Shown here in pieces: positions 1 through 9,500 of a stretch of 54,264 nt of DNA (positions within the stretch are counted from its first letter, which is position 1; each line of letters starts with the position of its first letter). The stretch covers positions 1-54,264 of the IMG/VR virus record IMGVR_UViG_3300011439_000001; one strand, given 5' to 3'. Source of the stretch: a virus. Lineage: Duplodnaviria; Caudoviricetes. Below the pieces are notes generated by a model. It was not told the origin of the DNA and searched no databases. It saw only the letters and a list, made by a program, of their open reading frames with translations. The position numbers and the translations under genes are program-made.

Positions 1-123
1 CGTCATCATCGCCTGTCTTACTCCTATTACTCCGTTTATATTTGCACTAATGTTTGGGAGGTGGAGTCTGTGAGGCTCTGGCTGCAAACTCGCGAAGGCT
101 CTTGGTGGGTCTGGCTTGGGAAC
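1..123. repeat. Terminal direct repeat, left copy (123 bp)
   Basis: Bases 1-123 (cgtcatcatc...cttgggaac) are identical to 54142-54264. Confidence 0.97.
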
Positions 124-192
124 CTATTTTCGCCTACGAAGGTCGTTATCGAAGAGGACGGAGCGAGGAAGGTTGGGGGGTGGAGTTTATGA
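70..192 (+). CDS. Small hypothetical protein (40 aa)
   Basis: GTG start after GGAGG and ATGA overlap with the next ORF; read manually as MRLWLQTREGSWWVWLGNLFSPTKVVIEEDGARKVGGWSL. Confidence 0.45.
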   Translation: MRLWLQTREGSWWVWLGNLFSPTKVVIEEDGARKVGGWSL

Positions 193-275
193 CCGATCTA
201 ATGACATTCGTAGTCATTTGTCTCGCGATTGCGGCCCTGTGTTTCATCTATGCATTCGAGAGGGCGTACTCATAG
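189..275 (+). CDS. Small membrane protein (28 aa)
   Basis: MTDLMTFVVICLAIAALCFIYAFERAYS, a single hydrophobic helix; last + strand gene before the convergent terminator. Confidence 0.5.
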   Translation: MTDLMTFVVICLAIAALCFIYAFERAYS

Positions 276-320
276 AAAAAATAGGGGCCAGTTCGCCCAG
301 GAGAAAACGAAACTGGCCCC
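276..320 (-). terminator. Intrinsic terminator at the convergence of the two arms
   Basis: On the - strand: GGGGCCAGTT...AACTGGCCCC stem followed by TATTTTTT. Confidence 0.75.
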
Positions 321-357
321 ATGCTGCGCGGGTGAGCGCAACTTTGTTGTTGCTAAA

Positions 358-453
358 CTAGAAGGTAATTTCGTCGCTAACCATTGCTAGGAACAACATG
401 ATGGTAATAGCGACCACACCAATAACTACGATTAGTCCTCCTTCGGTACTCAT
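358..453 (-). CDS. Small membrane protein (31 aa)
   Basis: Read manually as MSTEGGLIVVIGVVAITIMLFLAMVSDEITF; ATGA overlap with the holin stop. Confidence 0.55.
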   Translation of the reverse strand: MSTEGGLIVVIGVVAITIMLFLAMVSDEITF

Positions 454-710
454 AGATTGCTGTCCTGCGGAGCGGGTTCAATAACAGACTGACCGATAAG
501 AGAACCAGTATCATCTGTGCCCGTATTCTGGCCAATACTGACCTTTGCAATAGCAACTAGAACTGCCGTACCAACAGCAATAGCTGCACCCTTCCATGTA
601 AGCACACCCTCTCCTGACAGATAAAGAACAAGTGCGCCCGATGCAACCTGAATCGTTGTCCATCCAACTCTGTCAAGAAAGTCAAGCCACTTATTAACTC
701 TAGGGGTCAT
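450..710 (-). CDS. Holin (r1t-like)
   Basis: 86 aa with two TM helices; DRVGWTTIQ resembles the ERAxxTxxQ motif of actinophage holins; next to the endolysin. Confidence 0.75.
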   Translation of the reverse strand: MTPRVNKWLDFLDRVGWTTIQVASGALVLYLSGEGVLTWKGAAIAVGTAVLVAIAKVSIGQNTGTDDTGSLIGQSVIEPAPQDSNL

Positions 711-1330
711 GCAGCCTCCAAGTATGCGATGATTTGTTTACCAATACTAGGTGAACCGAAAGTATAGTTAGGCCCATTACCATTCTTGCCATATCTGAGT
801 TGTCTCCCGCGTCCCATCAACTCTTCAACGTTTATTCCAATATGGCAATGAGGCCCACCACCGATATTGTTCTCACATACTCTGCCAATCAGTTCTCCCT
901 TCTTGAATCTTTTACCTGCGGCGTGAGTACGATCAAGATGCCCGAACCAGTATTTTAGTTTCCATGACCCAATGGCATAGAATGCTAGACCTGGCTTGGA
1001 ACTAGAACTACGACTAACTAGCAAAGGTTCAGGAGCAAGGATTGCCATTCCTTCAGAGAACGCAGTATCGAATGCAGGGTAGTAATCAATGCCAGAAGTT
1101 TCGTGGGTTAGTTGATAGTGCAGTAATGAATCCCCACCGTTATATACTGGCCCAAAGATCGGTACTATAGGTTTAGGATCAGGCCGCAAATCCACAGCTA
1201 GCTTATTTAGCTTAGGCATTGCATTAGCCCAATGCGTACCTGCTACTAGCTTATTGGGATAGCCCTCCTTTGTGAGCTTAAGCTCTTTAATTGCAGCGAG
1301 CAATAGCGTTAGACGTTGCTTATCGGTCAT
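707..1330 (-). CDS. Endolysin, M23-like peptidase
   Basis: PAFD, YWFGHL, KKGELIG and GPHCHIG match the M23 layout; upstream of the holin. Confidence 0.75.
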   Translation of the reverse strand: MTDKQRLTLLLAAIKELKLTKEGYPNKLVAGTHWANAMPKLNKLAVDLRPDPKPIVPIFGPVYNGGDSLLHYQLTHETSGIDYYPAFDTAFSEGMAILAPEPLLVSRSSSSKPGLAFYAIGSWKLKYWFGHLDRTHAAGKRFKKGELIGRVCENNIGGGPHCHIGINVEELMGRGRQLRYGKNGNGPNYTFGSPSIGKQIIAYLEAA

Positions 1331-1815
1331 CGCTCAAATGAAGTTGGCGGATAGGGTGGCATAACTTTACCAGTTGGGCCAGTATAAGGATCGCACGGTT
1401 CTTTACCATCCATTGAGTTAGCATACTTCAACTCAGGAACAATAGTCTTAGTGCGACCACCTAGATCACGTCCTGCTTCATCATACTGAACTCCCATTGC
1501 ATCTCTATAACCAGCGCCGTCTCTAACAACTCCAAACTCACTCTTCATACAGAACCTAGCATCTGCCGCAGGATGAGAATTATATGTTCTCGGTGCATAC
1601 CTCTGTGGTGGTATTGGTGTGGGTTCCGGTTCCGGTGTAGGTTCGGGTGATGTACCTTCTAGAACGTCTACACGATTTTCTAGTGCTGTAAGATCAGCAG
1701 CCATTCTATTCAACAGTTTAGCTTGATCCGCCCATGCAGTAATAGGCGTAGTGGTATCCTTCTTATACGGCAGATGTTCTTTCAATCGGGCAGCTACATT
1801 ATCGAAGGCTGACAT
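1327..1815 (-). CDS. Hypothetical protein with PEPTP linker; N-terminus resembles that of the endolysin
   Basis: 162-aa ORF coupled to its neighbours, with a Pro/Glu/Thr linker. Confidence 0.7.
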   Translation of the reverse strand: MSAFDNVAARLKEHLPYKKDTTTPITAWADQAKLLNRMAADLTALENRVDVLEGTSPEPTPEPEPTPIPPQRYAPRTYNSHPAADARFCMKSEFGVVRDGAGYRDAMGVQYDEAGRDLGGRTKTIVPELKYANSMDGKEPCDPYTGPTGKVMPPYPPTSFER

Positions 1816-2467
1816 TCTGTCCTCCTGTCATTACTACTGGTTTCGGTTTTGGACAAGGCTTCTTCTTAGTTGGCTTACATGGTTTTGGCGGTGGTGGCCC
1901 TGGCGGAGGTGGTGGATTAGGTGGCGGTGGCCCTGGTGGTATAGGTTCGCCAGGTTCGCCACTATCACCGGGATCACCTTTGTCACCTTTGTCACCTTTT
2001 GGCCCTTGACATACTGTAGGATTAGCGGCGCAGAATATACGAATTGCTGCAATTAGTTCCTCCTGTGTAAATGTATGTCCGGGTGTGCCAGGAACTCCTT
2101 GATTACCTGTATAACCGCGCGGCCCTCTCTTTCCGCGTAGCCCTCTTGCACCCTTACTGCCTTTAGCACCTGTTGTACCTTTATTGCCCTTAGCACCTTT
2201 AGAACCTGTATTACCTTTATCACCTTTGGGGCCTTTTGGCCCTCTAATACCTACTTCTCCGGGTTTACCAGGTTGTCCTTTCAATCGTTTCTCTAGCGCG
2301 ATGATACAATCATCACGTTCGAGTCCGGCGCAAACTCCTGTACGAATAATCCTGTTAACAGTATTAACGTTTTGCTCTGTGTGCCACTGACGATATGAGC
2401 TAATACCCTGCGCGGTTGCAACCACGAAGAAGCATATTATAATTACCCATATAAGAACTTTATTCAT
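1799..2467 (-). CDS. Membrane-anchored collagen-like (Gly-X-Y) protein
   Basis: N-terminal hydrophobic helix, long GXY runs (GPKGPKGDKGNTG...), and a poly-Pro/Lys tail. Confidence 0.85.
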   Translation of the reverse strand: MNKVLIWVIIICFFVVATAQGISSYRQWHTEQNVNTVNRIIRTGVCAGLERDDCIIALEKRLKGQPGKPGEVGIRGPKGPKGDKGNTGSKGAKGNKGTTGAKGSKGARGLRGKRGPRGYTGNQGVPGTPGHTFTQEELIAAIRIFCAANPTVCQGPKGDKGDKGDPGDSGEPGEPIPPGPPPPNPPPPPGPPPPKPCKPTKKKPCPKPKPVVMTGGQNVSLR

Positions 2468-2654
2468 CTGTATTCTTGTTTGTCAGAACTCGCTCTAACG
2501 TATGAATACGATCAAGAGCAATTTCTAGATCGGCGCTTACCTTGGTCAGATTGGAGTTGACAAGCAGATGGATACTATCAAGTTGATTTGCAATCTGTCG
2601 CCAAACTACTACCAATACAGCGATCAAAATTACCAGAGAGATTATGGTAATCAT
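2460..2654 (-). CDS. Small membrane protein with coiled coil
   Basis: N-terminal TM helix followed by a heptad-like segment. Confidence 0.7.
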   Translation of the reverse strand: MITIISLVILIAVLVVVWRQIANQLDSIHLLVNSNLTKVSADLEIALDRIHTLERVLTNKNTDE

Positions 2655-3070
2655 TTGATACGCCTCCGAACTATCTCCATCGTGCGAACTCGATCATGCC
2701 AGTCTAGAATGCTGTTAATGGAAACTACGAGAGAGATAACAAACAGACCTACAGTTATAAGCAACCCCGCTACGCTGACTCTTGCAGGACCGGGAATAGC
2801 AGGATCGGTTAGTACGGAGTAGACGCCGATAAGTGTAATAGCCAAGGCTGTCACTATACGGAGGGTTTCGCGGCGTAGATAACCTCGCGCGATAATACAC
2901 AAGTCTGCGTCACCCACACGTTTACTGAGTTCATAATCTACCCACAATGGGCGTATACGTAGACTAGCGAAAGTGAGCGCCATTAACCCTGAAGCCAACC
3001 ACAGAACTTCGATTAGGTTAATGGTTCCCCATTCAGGGATTTCGATTAGAGAGTTATGGAAGGCAATCAT
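2651..3070 (-). CDS. Membrane protein (3 TM)
   Basis: 139 aa with three hydrophobic segments; coupled to its neighbours. Confidence 0.75.
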   Translation of the reverse strand: MIAFHNSLIEIPEWGTINLIEVLWLASGLMALTFASLRIRPLWVDYELSKRVGDADLCIIARGYLRRETLRIVTALAITLIGVYSVLTDPAIPGPARVSVAGLLITVGLFVISLVVSINSILDWHDRVRTMEIVRRRIK

Positions 3071-3240
3071 TCGACTACCCTCTTATGCCGTTTGTCATAC
3101 AATTCTCTCTCGCGTCTTAGATGTTCGATACGCATTTCGTATCGCCTAACTTTTTCTTCCATAGCATCTAGCTCCCCCTGTGTGCGTACAGAATTCTCTT
3201 TGCCCTCGCGACCAAGTAACCGTTTTATCCAATTTCTCAT
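3067..3240 (-). CDS. Small coiled-coil protein (57 aa)
   Basis: Read manually as MRNWIKRLLGREGKENSVRTQGELDAMEEKVRRYEMRIEHLRR...; fills the gap with ATGA overlaps on both sides. Confidence 0.7.
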   Translation of the reverse strand: MRNWIKRLLGREGKENSVRTQGELDAMEEKVRRYEMRIEHLRRERELYDKRHKRVVE

Positions 3241-3455
3241 GGCTTTCGTTCCGCAGCTTCCAGAGCTTTTTGCGTAACATCAGCTTGCTTATAAACAAGC
3301 TCCAATGCGCGATCCTTCTCGGCAAGTGCGCGCTCATACGTTGCTCGCGGAACAATCCATCCTTTAAGAAAAGCAACACAAGCAGCAGCAAGAATACCTA
3401 ATGCGCCAGCATTAGATAGCCATTGAAGAAGTGGGTCTGTACTGTTCTGCATCAT
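3237..3455 (-). CDS. Membrane protein (holin-like)
   Basis: TM helix followed by GWIVPRATYER, a pattern typical of actinophage membrane proteins near lysis genes. Confidence 0.7.
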   Translation of the reverse strand: MMQNSTDPLLQWLSNAGALGILAAACVAFLKGWIVPRATYERALAEKDRALELVYKQADVTQKALEAAERKP

Positions 3456-4117
3456 TCATTTGGTCGTCTATATATTTGTGGAAGTTCATCTTCCGCGCCA
3501 GCACCAAAGTTCTGCCAACCAAGTTGTTGACCACCGAAGTTAGATACAACGCCAATACCACCATAGAGACTTGTTGTATAAGTAGTGTCAGCGGCGCTTA
3601 CAACAAGTGTCCAAGTACCTCCTACGGGATCACCACCAGGGCAAACCCATCCTTCGACGTTACTTCCATTTCGACGAATAAGCATCCACTCATTAGCTGG
3701 CCCTGTAGGTGTTGTGTCAATAAACGAACCAGGATAACTTCCATCGTGGCGTCGAAGTGTATATAGGTCGCCTACTGATTCCCAACGGAAACGATACCCA
3801 ACGGGGCCAGAGCCAGGACTAGGATTTTGTAGTAATGTAATCTGCCAAGCAGTACCATTAACATCACCGCCACCTACTGTTCTACCCCATGCTTCAGCGT
3901 CATCACCATCCATCGACAGTGATTTCCAATACGTCATCGAGTTCGTAAAGAACTCTTGGTGAGTAACACTAGCATCATGGGCGACTTCATTATCACACCA
4001 AAATCCCGAATGTACTCTTCCCCATAGAGTAGGAGCCGCTTCACCAGCTAGCAGATCACCTTGTGCATATGAGGTAAAGTCATCAAGAATATCTGATGAT
4101 TGTCTAATATCTGCCAT
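3452..4117 (-). CDS. Minor tail or receptor-binding protein, lectin-like beta-sandwich
   Basis: ILDDFT...W...DTTY...GIG...NFGAG pattern, paralogous to three proteins at 20.7-27.3 kb. Confidence 0.65.
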   Translation of the reverse strand: MADIRQSSDILDDFTSYAQGDLLAGEAAPTLWGRVHSGFWCDNEVAHDASVTHQEFFTNSMTYWKSLSMDGDDAEAWGRTVGGGDVNGTAWQITLLQNPSPGSGPVGYRFRWESVGDLYTLRRHDGSYPGSFIDTTPTGPANEWMLIRRNGSNVEGWVCPGGDPVGGTWTLVVSAADTTYTTSLYGGIGVVSNFGGQQLGWQNFGAGAEDELPQIYRRPNE

Positions 4118-4773
4118 TAGTCAATCACCGGATTGAATACGAGAATCACACCTAAACCCATTCCACCTGCTGCATCAATATTAATCCAGATTTGATCTTT
4201 CCAGTTAACAACACTATCGACTGGATCAATGACCCTCGTTCCGTCATCATGTAGACCGGAGATAACTAGAGGACTAGAGAGAAGATCATTTCCTTGAGTA
4301 TTGTTCCAAAGTGACACAGTACAACTACCTGATGTAGTTAGATATGCTTCTGCATCATATAGATAGAATGAGGGATAGGGCTCGCCAACAGCAGGGGTGA
4401 ATCCACCCATGTCTCTTGATATTGCAAACTTGAATCTACCGTCACCAGCAACAACGGGTTTATCATCTTTGAATAGTTTGATATGATAAGTAGGTGGAGC
4501 TAGAGGACGCCATTTATCATGGTGATGAATATAACCGCGCTGGAACTGAAAGTCCCATAGAACTTCACCCTGGGTAGCATCAATATATGGAGCGCGATCA
4601 AAAGCATGAATGGTAGTAGTTTGCATACTCTGACGTAGCAAACGTAGTTCATGCTCAACCTGTACAAGTCGTTCTTTAAGAACTTCTTCGGTGGTAACAG
4701 CGTCAGGAGAAAACTTCTGCTTACGATCAACTGTACCTTTACGGCGTTCAGTCATGCTTACCAACCAATACAA
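4117..4773 (-). CDS. Minor tail protein
   Basis: Follows the tail hub gene; N-terminal coiled coil then a beta-rich domain. Confidence 0.65.
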   Translation of the reverse strand: MYWLVSMTERRKGTVDRKQKFSPDAVTTEEVLKERLVQVEHELRLLRQSMQTTTIHAFDRAPYIDATQGEVLWDFQFQRGYIHHHDKWRPLAPPTYHIKLFKDDKPVVAGDGRFKFAISRDMGGFTPAVGEPYPSFYLYDAEAYLTTSGSCTVSLWNNTQGNDLLSSPLVISGLHDDGTRVIDPVDSVVNWKDQIWINIDAAGGMGLGVILVFNPVID

Positions 4774-4791
4774 TCATGCATAGCAACATAA

Positions 4792-6033
4792 TCATGCAGG
4801 TTCACTTCCTCCACCGCTGCCGCCGAAATCAGGATTCGATTCTGGCGTATTAATCATTTCAGCTTCAAAACTAACTTTCTCATTACCGTGGTTATCAACT
4901 GAGATGTTTAATTTCATAACGCGATAATCTGCATTCACCGTATGGAAGCTAGTAAAGGGATGAACAACTCTTACACGATTACCAACTAGAGATCGAGGTC
5001 GACCACCAGTCCAAAAGTTCGGACTAAGCAATTCAGGATCATGGATTGCAAAGCTAGCTCTCTTACGAGGGAACCTATCTTCAAACTGATGCCCTTGTGC
5101 TGCCTGTTCCAATGCAGCCTGTGAAGCAATCTGACCAACTTGACCGATACGATCTGTCCAACGATAACGGATTACGCTCTCTAGATCAGTACGAATAACA
5201 CCACGTTTAATGCTACTACCAGTACCTAGAACTGTTGTGACTGTAGCAAGTGGGCCTTCGTTAGTCCAATCAAGTTCAACGAGTCTATCGTTAGCTAAAT
5301 TGTTAAGAGGATTCTCAGGATCACCTTTGCGGAACCGATATACTGGACTACCTTGATCCCTATGGGGGCTATAGATTTTAAACTCTAGATTATGTGGTAG
5401 CACATCGAATTCAAAACCTTCTGAGTTCTCCGCTATCTTCTTAATATGATCTAGGATAGTAGATTCATCAGCAGGCAAAATCTTGTAACGACCAGTTTGC
5501 CCTGTGCCGGGGTTAGCGAAGATAAATGGTGGAGTATTGAATGGGCCAGCAACACTACCGACATTGGCGTTAACCATAAATTCTAGAATGCCCTCAACAA
5601 TTACTGTTAGGTCAACACCTGTAGCGGCTCCAACTCCCCATTGCTTAGGCCAAGATTCCCAATCTCGATCATTGACATATGCTTCGGGATCGAATGGAAA
5701 TGTACGATGTTCAAGATAGCCAAGCCAGTTCATACCAGCAACTAGTACACTATCTCTATCGTCAGTAAGGTTGATAGAAGTAACGATACCGCTTTCGCGT
5801 AGTGTATTACCTCTATACAGATACCAGTCAGTATGCCACGGAACGATACTATCCCGTCTTATGGGGGTACCATCATACTGTTCCATTCCGAGAGGAAGTT
5901 CACAAGTCATCTCTCCCTTCTCGGAATTAGCAATAGACCAATTTAGTTCTGGCGGTTTAACCCATGCTCTGAGTCTCGCGTTAGCGGTATTCTCGCGGAA
6001 CTCGATTACCCATTCTCCTGGATCGTATGCCAT
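4792..6033 (-). CDS. Minor tail / baseplate hub protein (actinophage gp37-like)
   Basis: 413 aa, second gene after the tape measure; size and synteny fit. Confidence 0.7.
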   Translation of the reverse strand: MAYDPGEWVIEFRENTANARLRAWVKPPELNWSIANSEKGEMTCELPLGMEQYDGTPIRRDSIVPWHTDWYLYRGNTLRESGIVTSINLTDDRDSVLVAGMNWLGYLEHRTFPFDPEAYVNDRDWESWPKQWGVGAATGVDLTVIVEGILEFMVNANVGSVAGPFNTPPFIFANPGTGQTGRYKILPADESTILDHIKKIAENSEGFEFDVLPHNLEFKIYSPHRDQGSPVYRFRKGDPENPLNNLANDRLVELDWTNEGPLATVTTVLGTGSSIKRGVIRTDLESVIRYRWTDRIGQVGQIASQAALEQAAQGHQFEDRFPRKRASFAIHDPELLSPNFWTGGRPRSLVGNRVRVVHPFTSFHTVNADYRVMKLNISVDNHGNEKVSFEAEMINTPESNPDFGGSGGGSEPA

Positions 6034-6057
6034 TCGTAGCCTTTAGTCTACCTTGGC

Positions 6058-6564
6058 TTATGGTAACAATATGGTTGTTGTGTCAAGTCCCAAAAAGTAT
6101 GGAGTAAACCCTTTCAGGTTTATGAAGTATTGAAAGCGGCCAGGACTCAACGCTTTTAGTGGAATCCTAACTAGCACACAATGGTAATCTACTTCACCAT
6201 CTTGTGCCCAATGATCGTAGCGTACCCGAAGGGTACCATGTTTACGAGAAGTCAAAGTTGTATTCAACGAAGGCATACATACGTCTGTTAGGGTCTGTCG
6301 CTTAGTCATTGCATCGACACTCTGTGCAGCGTCATTAGCGCCAAGACCTAATATCTCTCCTGACATAACAATCGTCATATGTCCAGGATATGCGAAGGTC
6401 GGCCACACACCTGGCGCTTGCATTCTCTTAAAAGCTGTATCGGGCATCTCAGGTTCAGGTTCAAACTCGTGCAATGGATAAAGATGATTACCTGAGATAT
6501 CAGTAGTATTAACTTCTAGATTCGATCCTACAACTGGACGGAATTCTACTTTAGTCAATGACAT
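6058..6564 (-). CDS. Distal tail protein (putative)
   Basis: Immediately follows the tape measure gene. Confidence 0.6.
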   Translation of the reverse strand: MSLTKVEFRPVVGSNLEVNTTDISGNHLYPLHEFEPEPEMPDTAFKRMQAPGVWPTFAYPGHMTIVMSGEILGLGANDAAQSVDAMTKRQTLTDVCMPSLNTTLTSRKHGTLRVRYDHWAQDGEVDYHCVLVRIPLKALSPGRFQYFINLKGFTPYFLGLDTTTILLP

Positions 6565-6567
6565 TAG

Positions 6568-9500
6568 TTATCCTCTAAGATCGCCCGGCCCACCTGGGCC
6601 TGTTCGTCCACGCCTCCGCTGCCGTTGCACTCTTACATTTGCACCCTTTGGTGGTGGCCCTGTATGCTCACCATGTCCACTACGCGGGCCTTTGGCATAT
6701 TCCCATGCGCCACGCTTAAGCGCATGAATCGTAGTCTCACCTTCACGCGGGTAAACGATAACTGTGACGTTACTAGAGTTGTCATTACCACCGCCACTAC
6801 CACTACCGCCACTACCAGTAGTACCAGTTTTCGGGGGATCAGGATGAGTTCTCTTATATTCCTTGCGCGCTGCTGCTTCCGCTTCCTTCACAATGTTGGG
6901 GAACTTGTCTGTAATGTACTTACGGAATGCTGCATCAAGCGCGACGTTCTCACTACGCAGACCAAGAATAATCTGTTGTGCAATACCTTTACCGTACTTG
7001 AACCATCCCTGCAACTTCTTATCGAAGTCGATCTGAGTAGCTCTAGTAATCTCTGCGTTCTTAGACTTAGAGAGCGTGATGAACTTATTCCATGCTGGCC
7101 CGGAACTATTCCCAAGTACCTCTAGGAACTTCATTGCACCTGGCCCAAGAGAACGCAACTCTTCAACCATTTCAGGTGTTACGCCCTTCTTCCTACCAAT
7201 CTTAGCAAGCGTATTACGCCACTTCTTAAAGGCCGCAATCTGCTGTTGCAAGTCTTTATTGATTTCCTTCATTGTGGGTTTAACGTCCCACTCTTCAGCA
7301 AGCGACCATGTTTCCGACTGGAAGAATGGCCCACTAAACAGTTCACCGAAAGCCTGAGTATTCTCTTGTCGGAACTGTTCCCATATTTGTGACATACGCT
7401 GAGCAGCTTGATCTATAGACTGTTCTGCTTGTTCTGCTGCTGCGGATATTGCGTCAGCCATTCCACTTGCCGATTCACCAGCATCACCAAACATATCCTC
7501 TAGTTCAGGAATGGTTTGACGCAATTTATTCCACTCATCCAAAGCCGTGGTATCTCCAGCTCTCTTAAGAGTACGAGCTATCGAATCTCCCCATGATTCT
7601 GTGGATTTCTTAAGCGCGGGAATTTGATCCTTGTACTTAGCGAACAGGGCTTTAACAGCGGGATCAATAGGCATATTGACATTAGGTGGCAACGTGCCCA
7701 TAGCTTTGGCAATCAAAGTCTGCCACTGTTGAGTAAATGCAGCTTCATCGAATGAAGGCTTACCGAAGTCAACTCCCGTAAGTGACGGAAGAGTAAGTCC
7801 TCTACCGATCTGCTGCCATAGTGGTTTGGCTTCTCCTGCTGCTCTCTTAGCATCATCCATAGCCTGCTGCAAAGGCGTCTTATCTTGTGCCATAACCTTC
7901 ATAATAATCGGAACAGTAATAGCACCAGTTACGATACCAGCGGGGCCAAGTCTTGCTCCTGCCAATGCTCCTGACATTGCGCCAATAAGGAAATCAATAG
8001 CAGAAGGATTACCACTCCACTTGGCAAGTAGGATAATTCCGATAACACCGATGCCCTTAAGAAGTGCGGCTGCGCGTGCTACGTTGAAAATTGTAGAAGC
8101 GCCCCCACTTTTGCTAAGCAATCCAAGACTACCAATTAGTGAGATTACGCCACCAGCAAGACTGGAAATAATGCCGAGTAGAAGGGTTCCTGCTCCACCC
8201 CATACGCCTATCTTAACAATCAAATCTTGTGTAGCAGGACTCAGTTCGTGGAACTTATTAATTAGCCATTGGACACCATCGGCAAGTTGCAAAATAACTG
8301 GCAATGCAGCAGTACCAATTTCCAACACCAAGGCTCTCATCTGAGAGAGAAAAACTCGCCATTGCACACCGGGGTCTTGCATCATCACTTGGAATGATTT
8401 TTCTAGTTCACCATTGTTAGCGAGAATAGCTGCTTGCAGTTCTTCAACTTGACCGAAGTTCTGAACGAGAGCTTCAAACACTCTTCGCTGCTGAATAGTG
8501 AATTCTCTACCTTGTGTATCTCTACCCGTAAGAGATTGCATACCAGCACGAGTTACTAGCTTGAAGAATCTACGAGTTTCAAGTCCACCCCTACCAAGTT
8601 CAGGAAAGATGGTAAGTAGTTCGCGTAGAATTTCAAGTGGTGCTTTAAGTTTTCCGGCATTGGTAATATCGAGAGTTTGTCCGAGACGTGCTTTACTAAG
8701 AACACGAACACCTTCCTGGAAATTACGATCTGCAAATGTTGACAATAGCTGAGAGAAACCAGCAGATACGGTTCCTGCGGGAAGAGTACGAGTAGCCTGT
8801 GCAAGCGCACCTGCAACATCTTCAAGACTCAGACCAACTGCTTTTGCAGCAGGAGCAACCTTACTCATAATACCAGTAAGGTCTGAGAAATGAATATTAC
8901 CGAAGCGCACGATATCGAACATCGTGTCAAGTGTTGGTGTTAGATTATCTAGGTTTGCATCGAAGTTGTTAAGAGTAATGATGAGTCCCTTCATTGAATC
9001 ATCAAGAGACACACCACCAGCTACAGCAGCTTTATTAGCAAGATCAAGAACTTTCAATCCCTTATTAACATCAACGATTCCCTTGCTGCTCATCAAATCA
9101 AGAGATGAGAAAATCTCGTAAGTTGCATTAGACATTTCTTCAGCAGTATTAGAATATTTCTGCATCTGCTCAATAATAGCAGCCTGCAACCGCTCTGATT
9201 TTCTCAGAACTTCTGCTGTACCACCGATATTCCGACCTAAGTTTCTCGCCTGAGTTGCAGCTAGCGTAGTAGAAGCCGAGAATTCGGCTGCTTTATTACT
9301 GGCCGCCACAAACGCACCAGTAGCCACAAGCCCTGTAAGTTGCATAACGCGACCAAAGCGGGAAACTGTTTGTCCGGCTTGATGGATATTATCCCATCTT
9401 AGCTGGCTCATCGCTTGTTTAGTAACAGCGATATCAGCTTGTGCGACTCGCAATTTCCTACTTACGAATCCTAACTCTCGTTCCATACGTTTTAACTCTG

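Noticed and set aside
1751-2056. Trp/Arg-rich + strand ORF resembling an antimicrobial peptide
   Set aside because: It is the antisense shadow of the poly-Pro/collagen coding sequence.
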